This document shows, in pieces, positions 35,031-47,691 of a stretch of DNA of 64,000 bases. The DNA is from Candidatus Omnitrophota bacterium (GTDB lineage Bacteria; Omnitrophota; Gorgyraeia; Zapsychrales; Zapsychraceae). Numbering within the stretch: the stretch's first letter is position 1; each line of letters begins with the position of its first letter. The stretch is taken from contig JADFYJ010000006.1 in assembly GCA_015233115.1 (NCBI GenBank), forward strand, positions 595-64,594. The letters are read 5' to 3'. A program made the translations under genes and the position numbers. The notes below the pieces were generated by a model. That model made no database searches. It worked only from the letters and a program-made list of their open reading frames with translations, and was not told where the DNA came from.

Positions 35031-35068
35031 TTGATGGTTGTTGGTTGATGGTTGTTAGTTTTGGTTAA
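35031..35068. repeat. Family-C block (forward)
   Basis: ttgatggttgttggttgatggttgttagttttggttaa, located after the rplL stop. Confidence 0.75.
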
Positions 35069-35100
35069 AGCATTGGAGTTGTTTAAAATAAGCGCTTTTT

Positions 35101-35130
35101 CCAAAAACTATAAACTTCCAACTAAAACCC
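35101..35130. repeat. Family-C block (reverse)
   Basis: ccaaaaactataaacttccaactaaaaccc, located before rpoB. Confidence 0.65.
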
Positions 35131-35198
35131 CCGATATTATGTTTCAGGTGATGTTAATTTAATCAAACCAATACCGAACGGTTAAGATCGCCATATAT

Positions 35199-38100
35199 AT
35201 GAAAAATTTCAAAATACGCGACTTTAGTAAGCATAAAGACACGTTTGAGCTCCCGTCTTTACTGGATATTCAAACTGTATCATATGCGCATTTTTTGCAA
35301 AGGGAAATAGACCCTGACAAGCGCAAAGATCATGGCTTAGAAGAAGTCTTTCGTGAAGTTTTTCCTTTAGAGAGTTATGACGGGCAAATACGCTTGGAAT
35401 ATTTAAACTACTCTTTAGGACGGGAAAAATATAATGCTACAGAATGCAAAAGCCGCGGGTTGAATTACGCCGCACCTTTGAAGGTAAAGCTGCGTTTGAT
35501 TACGCCGGTGGATATCAAAGAGCAGGAAGTTTACTTCGGTGACTTTCCCTTAATGACGGATACCGGAACGTTTATCATTAATGGTGATGAACGGGTGGTG
35601 GTTTCCCAGATTCAGCGCCCGCCTGGTGCTTCTTTTGAAGAAGAATTGCATCCGACTGGAAAAAGTATTTACCATGGCAGGATCATTCCGTCTCGCGGAG
35701 CTTGGTTCGAGGTTAAGTATGATTTGAACAACATACTGTTAGCTTATATTGACCGCCGTCGTAATTTTCCGGCAACGCAGATTTTGCGTATTATGGGTCT
35801 TTCGACCGAAGAAGAAGTACGTAAGATGTTCGGAGATGATTTTGATAAACTCGCACCGACTTTTGAAAAGGATCACACTAAATCAAAAGACGAAGCGTTA
35901 TTAGATTTTTACCGTAAAATGCGTCCTACTGAGCCGGCAACGGTGGAAGTGGCAGAATCATTATTTTATCGTTTATTCTATGATCCGAAACGTTATGATT
36001 TGAGCAAAGTCGGTCGCCATATCATCAACCGTAAACTCGGCATGGATGTATTACTCGAAAATCGTGTTTTAGACATTGCCACCCTCGTCGAAGTTATGCG
36101 CTATTTAATGCGTTTGCGCGAAGGGGTCGGCGAGACAGATGATATCGACCATTTAGGCAACCGCCGTATTAAAACTGTCGGTGAATTAGTGCAAAATCAG
36201 GTGCGTATCGGTTTGGCTCGTCTGGAACGTTCCATTAAAGAACGTCTGGTGGTCATGACCAGTTTTGAAAATTTAACCGCACACCATTTGATTAACTCCC
36301 GTTTATTTTCAAACCAGATTCAAGATTTTTTCTCTCGTAGTCAATTATCTCAATTTATGGATCAGGTTAACCCGTTATCCGAAATGACGCACAAACGCCG
36401 TTTGAGCGCTTTAGGGCCGGGTGGTCTTTCCCGTGAACGCGCAGGGTTTGAAGTACGCGACGTCCATCCAACTCATTATGGCCGGGTTTGTCCGATTGAG
36501 ACGCCTGAAGGTCCAAATATTGGTTTAATTTCATCGCTGACAAATTGCGCCCGTGTAAATGAACTGGGATTTATTGAGACGCCTTACCGCAAGGTTGAAG
36601 ACGGTAAGGTGACAAATAAAACATCGTATTTCACCGCTGATAAAGATCAGGGCGAATATATTGCTCCGGCGAGTACACCGCTGGAAGAAGACGGAACATT
36701 TAAAGATAAAATTATTACTTGCCGTTATAAAACTGATTTTCCTAAAATAGCGCCTAAAGATGTGGCTTTGATGGATGTTTCTCCTTATCAGGTCGTATCT
36801 GTGGCTACGTCCATGATCCCGTTTTTGGAACATGACGACGCAAACCGCGCGTTAATGGGCTCTAACATGCAGCGCCAGGCTGTCCCTTTACTTCAACCGC
36901 AGGTGCCGTTGGTTGGTACCGGCATTGAAGCGAAAGTGGCGAAAGATTCCGGCGTAGTTGTGGTTGCCAAAGAAGCTGGTATCGTCACGAAAGTGGATGC
37001 CAAAGAAATTGTTATTAATGAAACGGTATACCCGCTCATTTCTTTCCAGAGAACCAACGCCAATACCTGTATTAATCAGCGCTCCTTGGTCAATGTGGGT
37101 GATAAAGTTAAAGAAGGACAAGTTATTGCCGACGGTGTTTCGACCAAAGACGGAAAATTGGCTTTAGGCCGCAACGTTTTGGTCGCGTTCATGCCCTGGC
37201 GTGGATATAACTTCGAAGATGCGATTTTATTAAATGAAAAATTAGTCAAGGAAGACGCGTTTACTTCAATCCATATTGAACGTTTTGAAGTCGAATGCCG
37301 GGAAACCCGTTTGGGGAATGAAGAAATTACCCGCGATATTTCCAATGTCGGCGAAGAAGCTTTAGCAAATTTGGATGAGACAGGTATTGTCCGCATCGGT
37401 GCTGAAGTGAAGCCGGGAAGTATTCTGGTTGGAAAAGTTACGCCGAAAAGCGAAAAAGAACTTTCTCCAGAAGAGCGTTTAATTCGCGCGATTTTCGGTG
37501 AAAAAGCTGATGATGTCCGTGATACATCACTCACCCTGCCGCCTGGTGTGGAAGGTGTGATTGTTAATATTGAAGTGTTCCAGCGCAATGAACGCGGCCG
37601 TAAATCCAAAGACGACAAAAAACGCGATGGAGAAGCGGTTGAAAAAGTCAAAGCGTATTATGTGCAGGAACGTTTATTTATTGAAGACGAAAAAAATAGA
37701 AAATTATGCGAGATGTTAGGAATTGACGCGAAAAAGCTGGCAAAGATGGATTTGCGCAAGACCGATCATCCCGAAGTGAATGAATTGCTGGAATTTTACC
37801 AGGATAAAATGCAGGAATTGGAACGCGAAGAAGAGCAGGAAGTGGAACGCGTCCGTAAAGGCGATGAACTTCCTTCCGGCGTTTTGAAAAAAGTTGTAGT
37901 GCATGTGGCGACCAAACGGAAGATCTCCGAAGGGGATAAGATGGCCGGACGCCATGGTAACAAAGGTATTGTGTCTCGTATCCTTCCGAGTGAAGATATG
38001 CCGTTTTTAGCAGATGGGACAGCGGTCGATGTCGTGTTAAATCCGCTAGGTGTTCCTTCTCGTATGAACGTGGGACAGCTTTTGGAAACCCATTTAGGGT

Positions 38101-38687
38101 GGGCGGCTCAAACTTTAGGTTTTTACGCTGTGACTCCGGTATTTAACGGAGCAACCGAAGCGGAAATTCATGAATGTTTGAAAGAGGCTGGTTTGCCGGA
38201 AAATGGTAAAACGAAATTATACGACGGTCATACAGGTATTCCGTTTGATCAAGAGGTGACTGTTGGATATTTGTATATGTTGAAATTGAATCATTTAGTC
38301 GACGAAAAGATCCACGCCCGTTCTATTGGGCCGTATTCTTTAGTTACTCAACAGCCTTTAGGCGGTAAAGCGCATTTTGGCGGTCAGCGTTTCGGGGAAA
38401 TGGAAGTTTGGGCCCTGGAAGCTTACGGCGCTGCCTATACGTTACAAGAAATGTTGACAGTTAAGAGCGACGATGTCATTGGCCGGAGCAAAATGTATGA
38501 AGCAATTGTTAAAGGCCAGCAAAAATTGGCCACAGGAACGCCAGAGTCTTTCAATGTTTTGGTTAAGGAACTTCAAGGATTATGTCTCGATATCAAATTG
38601 ATATGTCCGAATGAAGTTAAAGAGCAGGAAGCAGCGGAAAGCGCTGAAAAATCCAAAGAAACCAAAGAAAAAGATAAAAAGAAATAA
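35199..38687 (+). CDS. rpoB: DNA-directed RNA polymerase subunit beta
   Basis: 1162 aa with conserved beta-subunit blocks (e.g. ...NMQRQAVPL..., ...GRHGNKGI...). Confidence 0.97.
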   Translation: MKNFKIRDFSKHKDTFELPSLLDIQTVSYAHFLQREIDPDKRKDHGLEEVFREVFPLESYDGQIRLEYLNYSLGREKYNATECKSRGLNYAAPLKVKLRLITPVDIKEQEVYFGDFPLMTDTGTFIINGDERVVVSQIQRPPGASFEEELHPTGKSIYHGRIIPSRGAWFEVKYDLNNILLAYIDRRRNFPATQILRIMGLSTEEEVRKMFGDDFDKLAPTFEKDHTKSKDEALLDFYRKMRPTEPATVEVAESLFYRLFYDPKRYDLSKVGRHIINRKLGMDVLLENRVLDIATLVEVMRYLMRLREGVGETDDIDHLGNRRIKTVGELVQNQVRIGLARLERSIKERLVVMTSFENLTAHHLINSRLFSNQIQDFFSRSQLSQFMDQVNPLSEMTHKRRLSALGPGGLSRERAGFEVRDVHPTHYGRVCPIETPEGPNIGLISSLTNCARVNELGFIETPYRKVEDGKVTNKTSYFTADKDQGEYIAPASTPLEEDGTFKDKIITCRYKTDFPKIAPKDVALMDVSPYQVVSVATSMIPFLEHDDANRALMGSNMQRQAVPLLQPQVPLVGTGIEAKVAKDSGVVVVAKEAGIVTKVDAKEIVINETVYPLISFQRTNANTCINQRSLVNVGDKVKEGQVIADGVSTKDGKLALGRNVLVAFMPWRGYNFEDAILLNEKLVKEDAFTSIHIERFEVECRETRLGNEEITRDISNVGEEALANLDETGIVRIGAEVKPGSILVGKVTPKSEKELSPEERLIRAIFGEKADDVRDTSLTLPPGVEGVIVNIEVFQRNERGRKSKDDKKRDGEAVEKVKAYYVQERLFIEDEKNRKLCEMLGIDAKKLAKMDLRKTDHPEVNELLEFYQDKMQELEREEEQEVERVRKGDELPSGVLKKVVVHVATKRKISEGDKMAGRHGNKGIVSRILPSEDMPFLADGTAVDVVLNPLGVPSRMNVGQLLETHLGWAAQTLGFYAVTPVFNGATEAEIHECLKEAGLPENGKTKLYDGHTGIPFDQEVTVGYLYMLKLNHLVDEKIHARSIGPYSLVTQQPLGGKAHFGGQRFGEMEVWALEAYGAAYTLQEMLTVKSDDVIGRSKMYEAIVKGQQKLATGTPESFNVLVKELQGLCLDIKLICPNEVKEQEAAESAEKSKETKEKDKKK

Positions 38688-38689
38688 AT

Positions 38690-41600
38690 ATGGCAAAGAA
38701 AAAGACTGATATTTTAGCCGAAGATCGTATTGAAATTCAGATCGCCTCACCGGAAGTCATTCGCGCATGGTCGTGCGGAGAAGTGAGAAAAGCGGAGACA
38801 TTAAATTACCGCACTTTGAAACCGGAGAAGGATGGACTTTTTTGCGAGAAGATCTTTGGACCTGTCCGTGATTGGGAATGTAATTGCGGCAAATATAAAG
38901 GCATTAAATTCAAGGGGATCACCTGTGACCGTTGCGGTGTTTTAGTAACCCGTTCCGCTGTCCGCCGTGAAAGAATGGGACATATTGAGTTAGCGTGTCC
39001 TGTGACCCATATTTGGTTTTATAAAGCGGTGCCCTCACGTTTGGCCGCGTTATTGCAGATTTCTTTGCGCGACCTGGAAAAATTGATCTATTATGAAGAA
39101 TATGTGGTCATTGATCCGGGCAATACGCCATTAAAAGCGAAACAATTTTTGTCGGAAGATGAATATCAGGATGCCCTCGTCAAATACGGCGGAGGTTTTA
39201 AATCTGAAATTGGCGCGCAAGCTGTTAAATATCTATTGAAAGAGATGGATATGGATCTTTTATGTAAAAAATTGCGTAAAGATTTAGAGAATTCTAATCC
39301 TACCGGCGCGAATGCTAAAAAAATATCTAAGACTCTTAAGATTATTGAAGAGTTTAAAAGTTCCGGGAATCAGGCCGAGTGGATGGTTTTGGGTATGCTT
39401 CCGGTTATTCCTCCGGATTTGCGTCCTTTAGTTCCTCTAGAGGGTGGACGTTTTGCGACATCTGATCTTAATGATCTTTATCGCCGGGTTATCAACCGCA
39501 ACAACCGTTTAAAGAAATTGATGGACCTCAAAGCTCCGGAAATTATTTGCCGCAATGAAAAACGTATGCTGCAGGAAGCGGTTGACGCTTTGTTGGATAA
39601 TGGCCGTCATGGCCGTCCGGTTTTAGGTTCTGGAAACCGTCCTTTGAAATCCTTGTCAGATATGTTAAAAGGAAAACAAGGTCGTTTCCGTATGAATTTG
39701 TTAGGTAAACGTGTAGATTACTCCGGCCGTTCAGTTATCGTAGTCGGTCCTGAATTAAAATTGCATCAATGCGGTTTGCCGAAAAAGATGGCTTTGGAAT
39801 TATTTGAGCCGTTTATTATTCGTAAATTGCGCGAAAAAGGTTACGTTCACACCAACAAAGGCGCCAAACGTATGGTGGAACGCGCTAAGGTCGAAGTTTG
39901 GGATATGCTCGACGAAGTATTAAAAGACCATCCGATCATGCTCAATCGCGCGCCTACACTTCACCGTTTGAGTATTCAAGCGTTTTATCCGGTTTTGGTT
40001 GAAGGGAAAGCCATTAAATTACACCCCTTGGTTTGCGCGGCTTTTAACGCGGATTTTGACGGTGACCAAATGGCTGTGCATATTCCGCTTTCTTTAGAAG
40101 CCCAAATTGAGTGCCGGTTACAATTGCTTTCTATCAATAACCTGTTCTCACCGGCAGATGGCCGCCCGGTCATTTCTCCGTCACAGGATGTGGTTCTTGG
40201 TTTATATTATTTATCAAAAGAGTATGATGAGTCAACCGAAGATGACGGTCGTCTTTATTCGGATATGAAAGAAGTTTTAGTCGCTTATACCGACGGATAT
40301 TTAGGTCTGCAAAAACGCATTAAATTACGTTTAGACCGTCCGGTTTGGGGTGAAGAAAAGCCCTCCATGATTATCAGTCAAGAGCAGGCCATTCAACAGG
40401 CCGGCGGCGAAAAAGCTAATGTGGATGAGCATACAAAAGCGCATATAATTGAAACCACAGTTGGCCGGGTTATCTTTAATCAAATTTTGGATAAAGAGTA
40501 CGGTTACGTGAATGAGCTTCTCGATAAAAAGAAAATCGGGGCGGTCATTGCGGATTGCTATAAACGTTTTGGTCAGCGCAGGACTGTTAAATTCCTCGAT
40601 GATCTAAAAGATATGGGTTTCAAACAGGCGACGTTGGCAGGAATTTCTATTGGTATCGCTGACTTAACCGTTCCGGTTGAGAAGGGTGAGATCATTAAAA
40701 AATCTACCGCTGAAGTAGCCAAGGTTGATGAGCAATATCGTCGCGGTATTATTACTGGCCGTGAACGATATAACAAAGTTATTGATATTTGGACCCACAC
40801 GACAGAATCTATTTCAGATCATTTGTTTAAACAAATGCATCCGATGAATCCGGTGTTTATTATGGCGGATTCAGGCGCTCGTGGTTCTCGCTTACAGGTT
40901 CGTCAGTTGTCTGGGATGCGCGGTTTGATGGCTAAACCGTCTGGTGAAATTATTGAGAACCCAATCACGGCTAGTTTCCGTGAAGGTCTTTCGGTTTTGG
41001 AATATTTTATCTCGACCCATGGTGCCCGTAAAGGTTTGGCTGATACGGCCCTTAAAACGGCAGACGCTGGTTATCTAACCCGCCGTCTGGTGGACGTGGC
41101 TCAAGAAATTGTCATTAATGAAGCAGACTGCGGCACCTTAAATGGTATCACGGTTTCTGCTATCGTTGAAGGCGATGAAATGGTGGTCAGTCTGAGGGAG
41201 CGTATTATTGGGCGCGTCGCTCTGGATACCATTGTGGATATCGTAACTGATCAAAAAGTTGTTGAAGCCGGCGAAATTATTACTGAAGAAAAAGCAGAAT
41301 TTATCGAACATTTGGGTATTGAAAAAGTCCGTATCCGCAGCGTTTTGACCTGCGAGTCAGAACACGGTGTGTGCGCGCGCTGTTACGGCCGTAACTTGTC
41401 GACTCAGCGTCTGGTTGAAATAGGTGAAGCGGTCGGTATCGTAGCCGCCCAGAGTATCGGTGAGCCTGGTACACAGTTAACCATGCGTACGTTCCACATC
41501 GGTGGTACAGCGAGCCGTTCAATCGAACAATCATTCTATAAAGCAAAAAATGAAGGTATCGTCCGTTATCATCAATTGCGCGTAGTTGCTAAAGGTAATG

Positions 41601-42820
41601 AATTTATTGTCTTGAACCGCAACGGAGCGCTGAGTATTAATAATGAATTCGGACGTGAATTTGAACGTTATCCGCTTCCGCAAGGCGCAGTTATTAAATT
41701 TGCCGACGGGACGGAAATTAAAAAAGATACAGTGTTCGTCACTTGGGATCCTTATACTGTTCCGATTATTACGGAAATGAAAGGTAAGGTTAATTCCGAG
41801 GATATTATTCCGGATGTGACGGTTCAGGAAGAACAGAATCAGATTACCGGAGTTGTGGAACGCGTGGTCGTGGAACATAAACAGGAATACCATCCGCAGA
41901 TTATTATTACGGATGAACATGATGAGATCGTCGGAATTTACTCAATTCCTATCGGCGCTCACATTATGGTTCAGGATAAGCAGACTGTCAGCGCCGGTGA
42001 GTTGATCGCGAAGATCCCCCGCGTGGCAGGTAAGACGAGAGATATTACCGGAGGTCTTCCGCGTGTGGCCGAATTGTTTGAGGCGCGCAAACCTAAAGAT
42101 CCGGCTGTTATTAGCGAGATCGACGGTATTGTGGAATTCGGCGAAGATAAGCGTGGTCGACGGACAATTATTGTTAAATCGTCGACAGGTATGTCATCCG
42201 AATACACCATTCCGCACGGTAAGCATCCTAACGTTTATAAAAATGATAAGGTCTTTGCCGGCCAGCAGTTGACCGACGGACCAGTCGTGCCGCACGATAT
42301 TTTAAGGGTCTGCGGGGATAAAGTTTTACAGGAATATCTCCTCAATGAAATTCAGGAAGTTTATCGTTTGCAGGGTGTGCGCATCAATGATAAACATATT
42401 GAGTTAATTATTTCACAGATGTTGAAAAAAGTTAAGATCGAAGATTCTGGCGATACGCCATTCCTCGTCGGTGAAATGGTTAATCGTGTGACATTTAAAA
42501 AAGTCACCGAGGACGTTATTAAGAAAAAAGGGAAACCAGCACAAGCAACGCCTCAGCTATTGGGGATTACCAAGGTGTCTTTGACGACGGAGAGTTTTAT
42601 TTCCGCGGCCAGCTTCCAAGAAACAACAAGAGTCTTGACAGAAGCGGCATCGTCTGGTAAAATTGACGTTCTTCGTGGGTTGAAAGAAAACGTCATTGTA
42701 GGACATTTAATCCCTGCGGGTACTGGTTTAAATATTTATAAAGAAGTAGAAATGGTGAAATATGCCGACGATACAACAGTTGATCAGAAAGAGCAGAATT
42801 CAGAAACGACCGAAGAGTAA
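38690..42820 (+). CDS. rpoC: DNA-directed RNA polymerase subunit beta'
   Basis: 1376 aa with Zn-finger [21 protein letters not shown] and the catalytic NADFDGD. Confidence 0.97.
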   Translation: MAKKKTDILAEDRIEIQIASPEVIRAWSCGEVRKAETLNYRTLKPEKDGLFCEKIFGPVRDWECNCGKYKGIKFKGITCDRCGVLVTRSAVRRERMGHIELACPVTHIWFYKAVPSRLAALLQISLRDLEKLIYYEEYVVIDPGNTPLKAKQFLSEDEYQDALVKYGGGFKSEIGAQAVKYLLKEMDMDLLCKKLRKDLENSNPTGANAKKISKTLKIIEEFKSSGNQAEWMVLGMLPVIPPDLRPLVPLEGGRFATSDLNDLYRRVINRNNRLKKLMDLKAPEIICRNEKRMLQEAVDALLDNGRHGRPVLGSGNRPLKSLSDMLKGKQGRFRMNLLGKRVDYSGRSVIVVGPELKLHQCGLPKKMALELFEPFIIRKLREKGYVHTNKGAKRMVERAKVEVWDMLDEVLKDHPIMLNRAPTLHRLSIQAFYPVLVEGKAIKLHPLVCAAFNADFDGDQMAVHIPLSLEAQIECRLQLLSINNLFSPADGRPVISPSQDVVLGLYYLSKEYDESTEDDGRLYSDMKEVLVAYTDGYLGLQKRIKLRLDRPVWGEEKPSMIISQEQAIQQAGGEKANVDEHTKAHIIETTVGRVIFNQILDKEYGYVNELLDKKKIGAVIADCYKRFGQRRTVKFLDDLKDMGFKQATLAGISIGIADLTVPVEKGEIIKKSTAEVAKVDEQYRRGIITGRERYNKVIDIWTHTTESISDHLFKQMHPMNPVFIMADSGARGSRLQVRQLSGMRGLMAKPSGEIIENPITASFREGLSVLEYFISTHGARKGLADTALKTADAGYLTRRLVDVAQEIVINEADCGTLNGITVSAIVEGDEMVVSLRERIIGRVALDTIVDIVTDQKVVEAGEIITEEKAEFIEHLGIEKVRIRSVLTCESEHGVCARCYGRNLSTQRLVEIGEAVGIVAAQSIGEPGTQLTMRTFHIGGTASRSIEQSFYKAKNEGIVRYHQLRVVAKGNEFIVLNRNGALSINNEFGREFERYPLPQGAVIKFADGTEIKKDTVFVTWDPYTVPIITEMKGKVNSEDIIPDVTVQEEQNQITGVVERVVVEHKQEYHPQIIITDEHDEIVGIYSIPIGAHIMVQDKQTVSAGELIAKIPRVAGKTRDITGGLPRVAELFEARKPKDPAVISEIDGIVEFGEDKRGRRTIIVKSSTGMSSEYTIPHGKHPNVYKNDKVFAGQQLTDGPVVPHDILRVCGDKVLQEYLLNEIQEVYRLQGVRINDKHIELIISQMLKKVKIEDSGDTPFLVGEMVNRVTFKKVTEDVIKKKGKPAQATPQLLGITKVSLTTESFISAASFQETTRVLTEAASSGKIDVLRGLKENVIVGHLIPAGTGLNIYKEVEMVKYADDTTVDQKEQNSETTEE

Positions 42821-43139
42821 ATCTCCGGCCCTGACTTCCTGTCCGTTTAGACGTGGAGTGTGTTTACAAGTTAAAACCATGACTCCCAAAAAACCAAACT
42901 CTGCCTTGCGCAAAATTGCCAGGGTGAGATTATCTAACAAATATGAAGTGACTTCGTATATCCCTGGCGAAGGCCATAATTTGCAAGAGCACTCGATCGT
43001 GTTAGTCCGCGGTGGACGTGTCAAAGATTTGCCGGGTGTCCGTTATCACATCGTTAGGGGTTCGTTGGATGCTGCTGGCGTAGCCAAGCGCAAGAAATCC
43101 CGTTCCAAGTATGGAGCTAAAAGCGAAAAGAATAAGTAA
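42762..43139 (+). CDS. rpsL: 30S ribosomal protein S12
   Basis: [12 protein letters not shown]...[10 protein letters not shown]... is the universally conserved S12 N-terminus. The start lies 59 nt inside the rpoC 3' end in another frame. Confidence 0.9.
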   Translation: MPTIQQLIRKSRIQKRPKSKSPALTSCPFRRGVCLQVKTMTPKKPNSALRKIARVRLSNKYEVTSYIPGEGHNLQEHSIVLVRGGRVKDLPGVRYHIVRGSLDAAGVAKRKKSRSKYGAKSEKNK

Positions 43140-43141
43140 AT

Positions 43142-43615
43142 ATGAGAAGACGTAGTGCTGAAAAAAGAGAACCGTTATCAGATCCCAAATATAACAGCCG
43201 TTTATTGTCCAAGTTTATCAATACCGTAATGGATTCTGGTAAAAAGACAGTGGCGGAGTCAATCGTGTATGGCGCTTTAGAGATCTTAGAGCATAAAATC
43301 CAGGATGGTGGAAATGGATTAAAGATCTTCTCAAAGGCTATCGAAAACGTACGTCCGAGAGTTGAAGTTAAAGGACGCCGCGTCGGTGGGTCAACCTACC
43401 AAGTCCCTATCGAGGTAACGGTTCCGCGTGGGAATGCTTTAGCGATGCGTTGGTTGCGTGACTATGCTCGCAAAAAGAAGGGTCGTCCCATGCAACATAA
43501 ATTAGCAGATGAATTATTGGCTGCCTATAAAGGTGAAGGCTCCGCGATCAAAAAACGCGACGAGGTTCACAAAATGGCGGAATCAAATAAAGCATTTGCA
43601 CATTTACGTTGGTAA
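43142..43615 (+). CDS. rpsG: 30S ribosomal protein S7
   Basis: 157 aa with conserved S7 blocks (…[14 protein letters not shown]…). Confidence 0.95.
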   Translation: MRRRSAEKREPLSDPKYNSRLLSKFINTVMDSGKKTVAESIVYGALEILEHKIQDGGNGLKIFSKAIENVRPRVEVKGRRVGGSTYQVPIEVTVPRGNALAMRWLRDYARKKKGRPMQHKLADELLAAYKGEGSAIKKRDEVHKMAESNKAFAHLRW

Positions 43616-43627
43616 TGGTATACTTTT

Positions 43628-43662
43628 CCCCAACTTAGTCGGATTGCGTTGGGGATTTTTTT
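43628..43662 (+). terminator. Rho-independent terminator between rpsG and fusA
   Basis: Stem ccccaac/gttgggg followed by a T-run. Confidence 0.65.
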
Positions 43663-43778
43663 AGTATTGTGGTTTAACTACAGTTATTTTAAAAAAATAT
43701 ATAATCAAAATTTTGAACGTCAATCTTTGATCTGATGTTTAAAAATTAAATTGATTTAGAAAAGTAAGAGTAATTATT

Positions 43779-45872
43779 ATGGCTAAGACACCACTTATAG
43801 ATTATCGTAACATTGGGATCATTGCCCATATCGACGCGGGTAAAACCACGACGACTGAGCGTATTTTGTATTACACCGGCGTTATCCATAAAATGGGTAA
43901 TATCGATGATGGTAATACCGCTATGGATTGGATGGAGCAGGAACAAGAGCGCGGGATCACGATTACCTCGGCGAGTACCGTTTGTTTTTGGAAAGGCAAG
44001 CAGATCAATCTGATCGATACTCCCGGACACGTTGATTTTACGATGGAAGTCGAGCGTTCATTAAAAGTTTTGGACGGAGCGGTTGTGGTTTTGTGCGGAA
44101 CCAGCGGTGTTCAACCTCAAACCGAAACTGTCTGGCGTCAAGCTGACCGCTATAGTGTTCCCCGTATTTTATTCGTTAATAAATTAGACCGTTTAGGTGC
44201 GAATTTTGAGCGCGTTATTGATGAGAGTCACGAACGCTTAGGCGCAAATTCTGCCGCGATTCAGCTTCCGGATGGCCACGAAGACCAATTTCATGGCATT
44301 ATTGATATTATTGAAGAAAAATATTACGTATATAAAGATGATGCGGGCGAAGACATTGATACTTTACCTGTTCCGGAAAAATTTAAAGCTAAAGTCGCTG
44401 AGATGAGGCACAAATTGCTGGAACGTTTGTCAGACGCTGATGATATGATTATGGAGAGATTTTTAGAAGAAAAACCGGTAACGGTTGAAGAAATCAAGAG
44501 TGCTATCCGCCGCGGTGTTATTGCTTGTACGTTTGTCCCAGTTCTTTGCGGTACCGCATTGCGCAATAAAGGAGTTCAATTTGTTTTAGATGCTGTGACT
44601 GAATATTTACCTTCTCCGTTAGATATTCCTCCGGTTAAAGGAATTAATCCTTCTTCTAAAGAAGAAGAACTTCGTGCTCCAGATCCTGCCGCTCCTTTTT
44701 CAGGATTAGTTTTCAAAATTGCCACAGATCCTTACGTTGGTAAATTATTTTATACTCGTATTTATTCCGGAACAGTTAATTCTGGAGATTCAGTTTGGAA
44801 CGCGTCTGAGGGATGTAAAGAACGTATTTCTAAAATGGTTTTGATGCACGCCAACCGTCAGGAAATTGTTCCTTCTGTATCAGCCGGAGATATTATCGCT
44901 TTGGTAGGTTTAAAAGATAGCAAAACCGGAACCTCTTTGTGCGATCAAACTAAGAAAATTTTACTTGAGAATATGCGTATTCCTGAACCGGTTGTTTCCA
45001 TGTCGATTGAGCCAAAAACTAAAGCTGACTCAGACCGCATGGGTATGGTATTAAAGAAATTTCTCGATGAAGATCCTTCCTTACGTTGCACCTATAATCA
45101 TGAAACCGCTCAAAGTATTATTTCTGGTATGGGCGAGCTTCATTTGGAAATTATCATTGATCGTATGAAACGCGAATTTAATTTGGAGACGAGTGTAGGC
45201 CGTCCTGAAGTTGCTTATAAAGAGACTGTCCAGCGTAAAGTAACGGGTGTAGTGGGTAAACACATTGCCCAATCTGGCGGACGCGGTCAATATGGTCACT
45301 GTGTTATTGATATTGAACCTCAGGAAGTCAGAGGAACTGGTTATCAATTCGTTGATATGATTAAAGGTGGCGCGATTCCTCGTGAATTTATTAAATGCGT
45401 TGATGAAGGTTTACGCATGGGTTTGACTAGCGGTATTTTAGCCGGATACCCGGTTGTGGATATAAAAGTTACTCTTGTGGATGGTTCTTATCACGATGTT
45501 GACTCTAATGAGCTGGCTTTTCAGTTAGCCGCCAAAAACGCACTTAAAGATGCTTTAGCAAAAGCTGGTTCTATTTTCCTTGAGCCGATTATGGATATCG
45601 AAGTGGTAGCTCCGGAAGAATACATGAGCTCCGCGATCGGCGACTTGAATCAGCGCCGTGCTAAAATTTTAAGTTTAGGTCAACGCGGCCATTTGAAAGT
45701 GACCCGATGCGAGGTTCCTCTTTCAGAGATGTTTAATTACGTGAATGCATTACGTTCGTTATCACAAGGACGCGCGACATATACGATGGAACCAAAGTTT
45801 TACGATGTTGTTCCAAAATTCATAGCTGATAAAATTATCGGCGAAAGAACAGCGTCTGGACATAAAAGATAG
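43779..45872 (+). CDS. fusA: Elongation factor G
   Basis: [16 protein letters not shown]1 motif. It is 697 aa. Confidence 0.97.
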   Translation: MAKTPLIDYRNIGIIAHIDAGKTTTTERILYYTGVIHKMGNIDDGNTAMDWMEQEQERGITITSASTVCFWKGKQINLIDTPGHVDFTMEVERSLKVLDGAVVVLCGTSGVQPQTETVWRQADRYSVPRILFVNKLDRLGANFERVIDESHERLGANSAAIQLPDGHEDQFHGIIDIIEEKYYVYKDDAGEDIDTLPVPEKFKAKVAEMRHKLLERLSDADDMIMERFLEEKPVTVEEIKSAIRRGVIACTFVPVLCGTALRNKGVQFVLDAVTEYLPSPLDIPPVKGINPSSKEEELRAPDPAAPFSGLVFKIATDPYVGKLFYTRIYSGTVNSGDSVWNASEGCKERISKMVLMHANRQEIVPSVSAGDIIALVGLKDSKTGTSLCDQTKKILLENMRIPEPVVSMSIEPKTKADSDRMGMVLKKFLDEDPSLRCTYNHETAQSIISGMGELHLEIIIDRMKREFNLETSVGRPEVAYKETVQRKVTGVVGKHIAQSGGRGQYGHCVIDIEPQEVRGTGYQFVDMIKGGAIPREFIKCVDEGLRMGLTSGILAGYPVVDIKVTLVDGSYHDVDSNELAFQLAAKNALKDALAKAGSIFLEPIMDIEVVAPEEYMSSAIGDLNQRRAKILSLGQRGHLKVTRCEVPLSEMFNYVNALRSLSQGRATYTMEPKFYDVVPKFIADKIIGERTASGHKR

Positions 45873-45904
45873 TGACAGAGTAACCGAGTAACCGAGTAAC
45901 CGAG
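45872..45904. repeat. Family-A block (forward)
   Basis: agtgacagagtaaccgagtaaccgagtaaccgag. It starts at the fusA stop codon. Confidence 0.8.
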
Positions 45905-46095
45905 AAAAAGCGGTTGGTGAAAAGCGAATGGTGAAAGCGTTGGCGTATAAAAAGTGATTAGGTTTTAAAAAATATATTATTTGATTAAAATTAAAGTTTG
46001 GTTTTTTTTGTTTATGTTTGGTAATTATTATTCGATTTGTTGTTTTGTTCTTTGGTAAAATAATTTTTTTGTTGTTAGTTATTTGTTATTTTTTT

Positions 46096-46130
46096 ACTTT
46101 GTTACTCGGTTACATGGTTACTTTGTTACT
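46096..46130. repeat. Family-A block (reverse)
   Basis: ctttgttactcggttacatggttactttgttact, in the tuf leader. Confidence 0.8.
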
Positions 46131-46163
46131 AATATTTTTTCCAAATAAAAAGGAGGCAGTCAC

Positions 46164-47357
46164 ATGGCTAAAGGTAAGTTTATACGTAATAAGCCGCACA
46201 TGAACATCGGTACGATCGGTCACGTAGACCACGGTAAAACAACTTTGTCTGCTGCGATTACTGCTGTACAGGCAAATCAAGGTAAAGCGGAATTCCGTAG
46301 TTATGATTCTATTGATAACGCTCCGGAAGAACGTGAACGTGGTGTTACGATTAATATCGCGCATTTGGAATATGAAACTGATAAACGTCACTATGCCCAC
46401 ATTGATTGTCCCGGACACGCTGACTATATCAAAAACATGATTACTGGTGCTGCTCAGATGGATGGCGCTATCCTCGTCGTTGCTGCTACCGACGGTGCTA
46501 TGCCTCAAACCAAAGAACACATTCTTTTAGCTCGTCAGGTAAACGTTCCTTCATTGGTCGTTTTCATGAATAAATGCGATCAGGTTGAAGACGCAGAATT
46601 GTTAGACCTGGTTGAAATGGAATTGCGAGAGTTGCTTTCCAAATATAACTATAACGGCGACAAAACTCCGATTATTCGCGGTAGCGCTTTAAATGCGTTA
46701 AATGCTCCTAAAGATCCAGCAGCCATTCAGCCGATTTTAGACCTTATGAAAGCGGTTGATGATTACTTTGTGGATCCAGTTCGTGAATTAGATAAGCCGT
46801 TCTTAATGGCTGTTGAAGACGTGTTCTCGATTTCCGGCCGCGGTACTGTAGCGACGGGTCGTATTGAACGCGGTAAGATTCATGTTGGAGAAGAAGTTGA
46901 AATTGTGGGTTTGAGCAAAACAGTCGGTAAAACGGTTGTTACCGGTGTGGAAATGTTCCGCAAGGAAATGGACGAAGGACAAGCTGGAGATAACGTAGGT
47001 TTACTCTTGCGCGGCGTTAGTAAAGATGATATTCAACGCGGGCAAGTTTTAGCAGCTATCGGTTCTATTACACCGCACAAGAAATTCAAGGCTAAAGCAT
47101 ACATTTTAACCAAGGAAGAAGGCGGCCGTCATACTCCGTTCTTCACTGGTTACAGACCGCAGTTTTATTTCCGTACGACAGACGTCACGGGTACGGCGAC
47201 ATTACCAGCAGGTCAAGAAATGTGTATGCCTGGCGATAACGTAGAAATGGTCGTGGAATTGCTCGAGCCGATCGCTTGCGAAAAAGAATTGCGTTTTGCT
47301 ATTCGCGAAGGCGGCAGAACAGTTGGAGCTGGTGTTATCCACGAGATTATTGAATAA
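46164..47357 (+). CDS. tuf: Elongation factor Tu
   Basis: [18 protein letters not shown] and NKCD motifs. An aaaggagg RBS precedes it, and it is 397 aa. Confidence 0.97.
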   Translation: MAKGKFIRNKPHMNIGTIGHVDHGKTTLSAAITAVQANQGKAEFRSYDSIDNAPEERERGVTINIAHLEYETDKRHYAHIDCPGHADYIKNMITGAAQMDGAILVVAATDGAMPQTKEHILLARQVNVPSLVVFMNKCDQVEDAELLDLVEMELRELLSKYNYNGDKTPIIRGSALNALNAPKDPAAIQPILDLMKAVDDYFVDPVRELDKPFLMAVEDVFSISGRGTVATGRIERGKIHVGEEVEIVGLSKTVGKTVVTGVEMFRKEMDEGQAGDNVGLLLRGVSKDDIQRGQVLAAIGSITPHKKFKAKAYILTKEEGGRHTPFFTGYRPQFYFRTTDVTGTATLPAGQEMCMPGDNVEMVVELLEPIACEKELRFAIREGGRTVGAGVIHEIIE

Positions 47358-47374
47358 GATATTGGTGAGATAAA

Positions 47375-47677
47375 ATGCAAAAAATTAGAATTAAGTTAAA
47401 GGCGTTTGATCACAGATTGATTGATCAATCTGCGCAAGAAATCGTGGATACCGCGATCCGTACTGGCGCGAAAGTGGCTGGTCCGGTTCCGTTACCTACG
47501 AAGAAAGAACTCTATACTGTGCTGAAGTCGCCGGTGATCAACAAAAAAGCACGTGAACAATTCCAGTTAGCAACTCATAAGCGACTGATTGATTTACTGG
47601 AACCGACATCAAAAACCGTTGAGGCATTAAGAAAATTGAATTTGCCTGCCGGTGTGGATGTTGAGATTAAACAATAA
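47375..47677 (+). CDS. rpsJ: 30S ribosomal protein S10
   Basis: [19 protein letters not shown]. Confidence 0.95.
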   Translation: MQKIRIKLKAFDHRLIDQSAQEIVDTAIRTGAKVAGPVPLPTKKELYTVLKSPVINKKAREQFQLATHKRLIDLLEPTSKTVEALRKLNLPAGVDVEIKQ

Positions 47678-47691
47678 GGTTGTGTGGGCCG

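Noticed and set aside
36531-37651. Several minus-strand ORFs inside rpoB and rpoC (e.g. 37076..37651, 191 aa)
   Set aside because: They are antisense within universally conserved RNA polymerase genes, and no independent signals were seen.
46018-46520. Small ORFs on both strands overlapping the tuf upstream region and tuf 5' end
   Set aside because: AT-rich leader sequence with family-A repeats gives Phe/Leu/Ile-rich pseudo-peptides. The minus ORF is antisense to EF-Tu.
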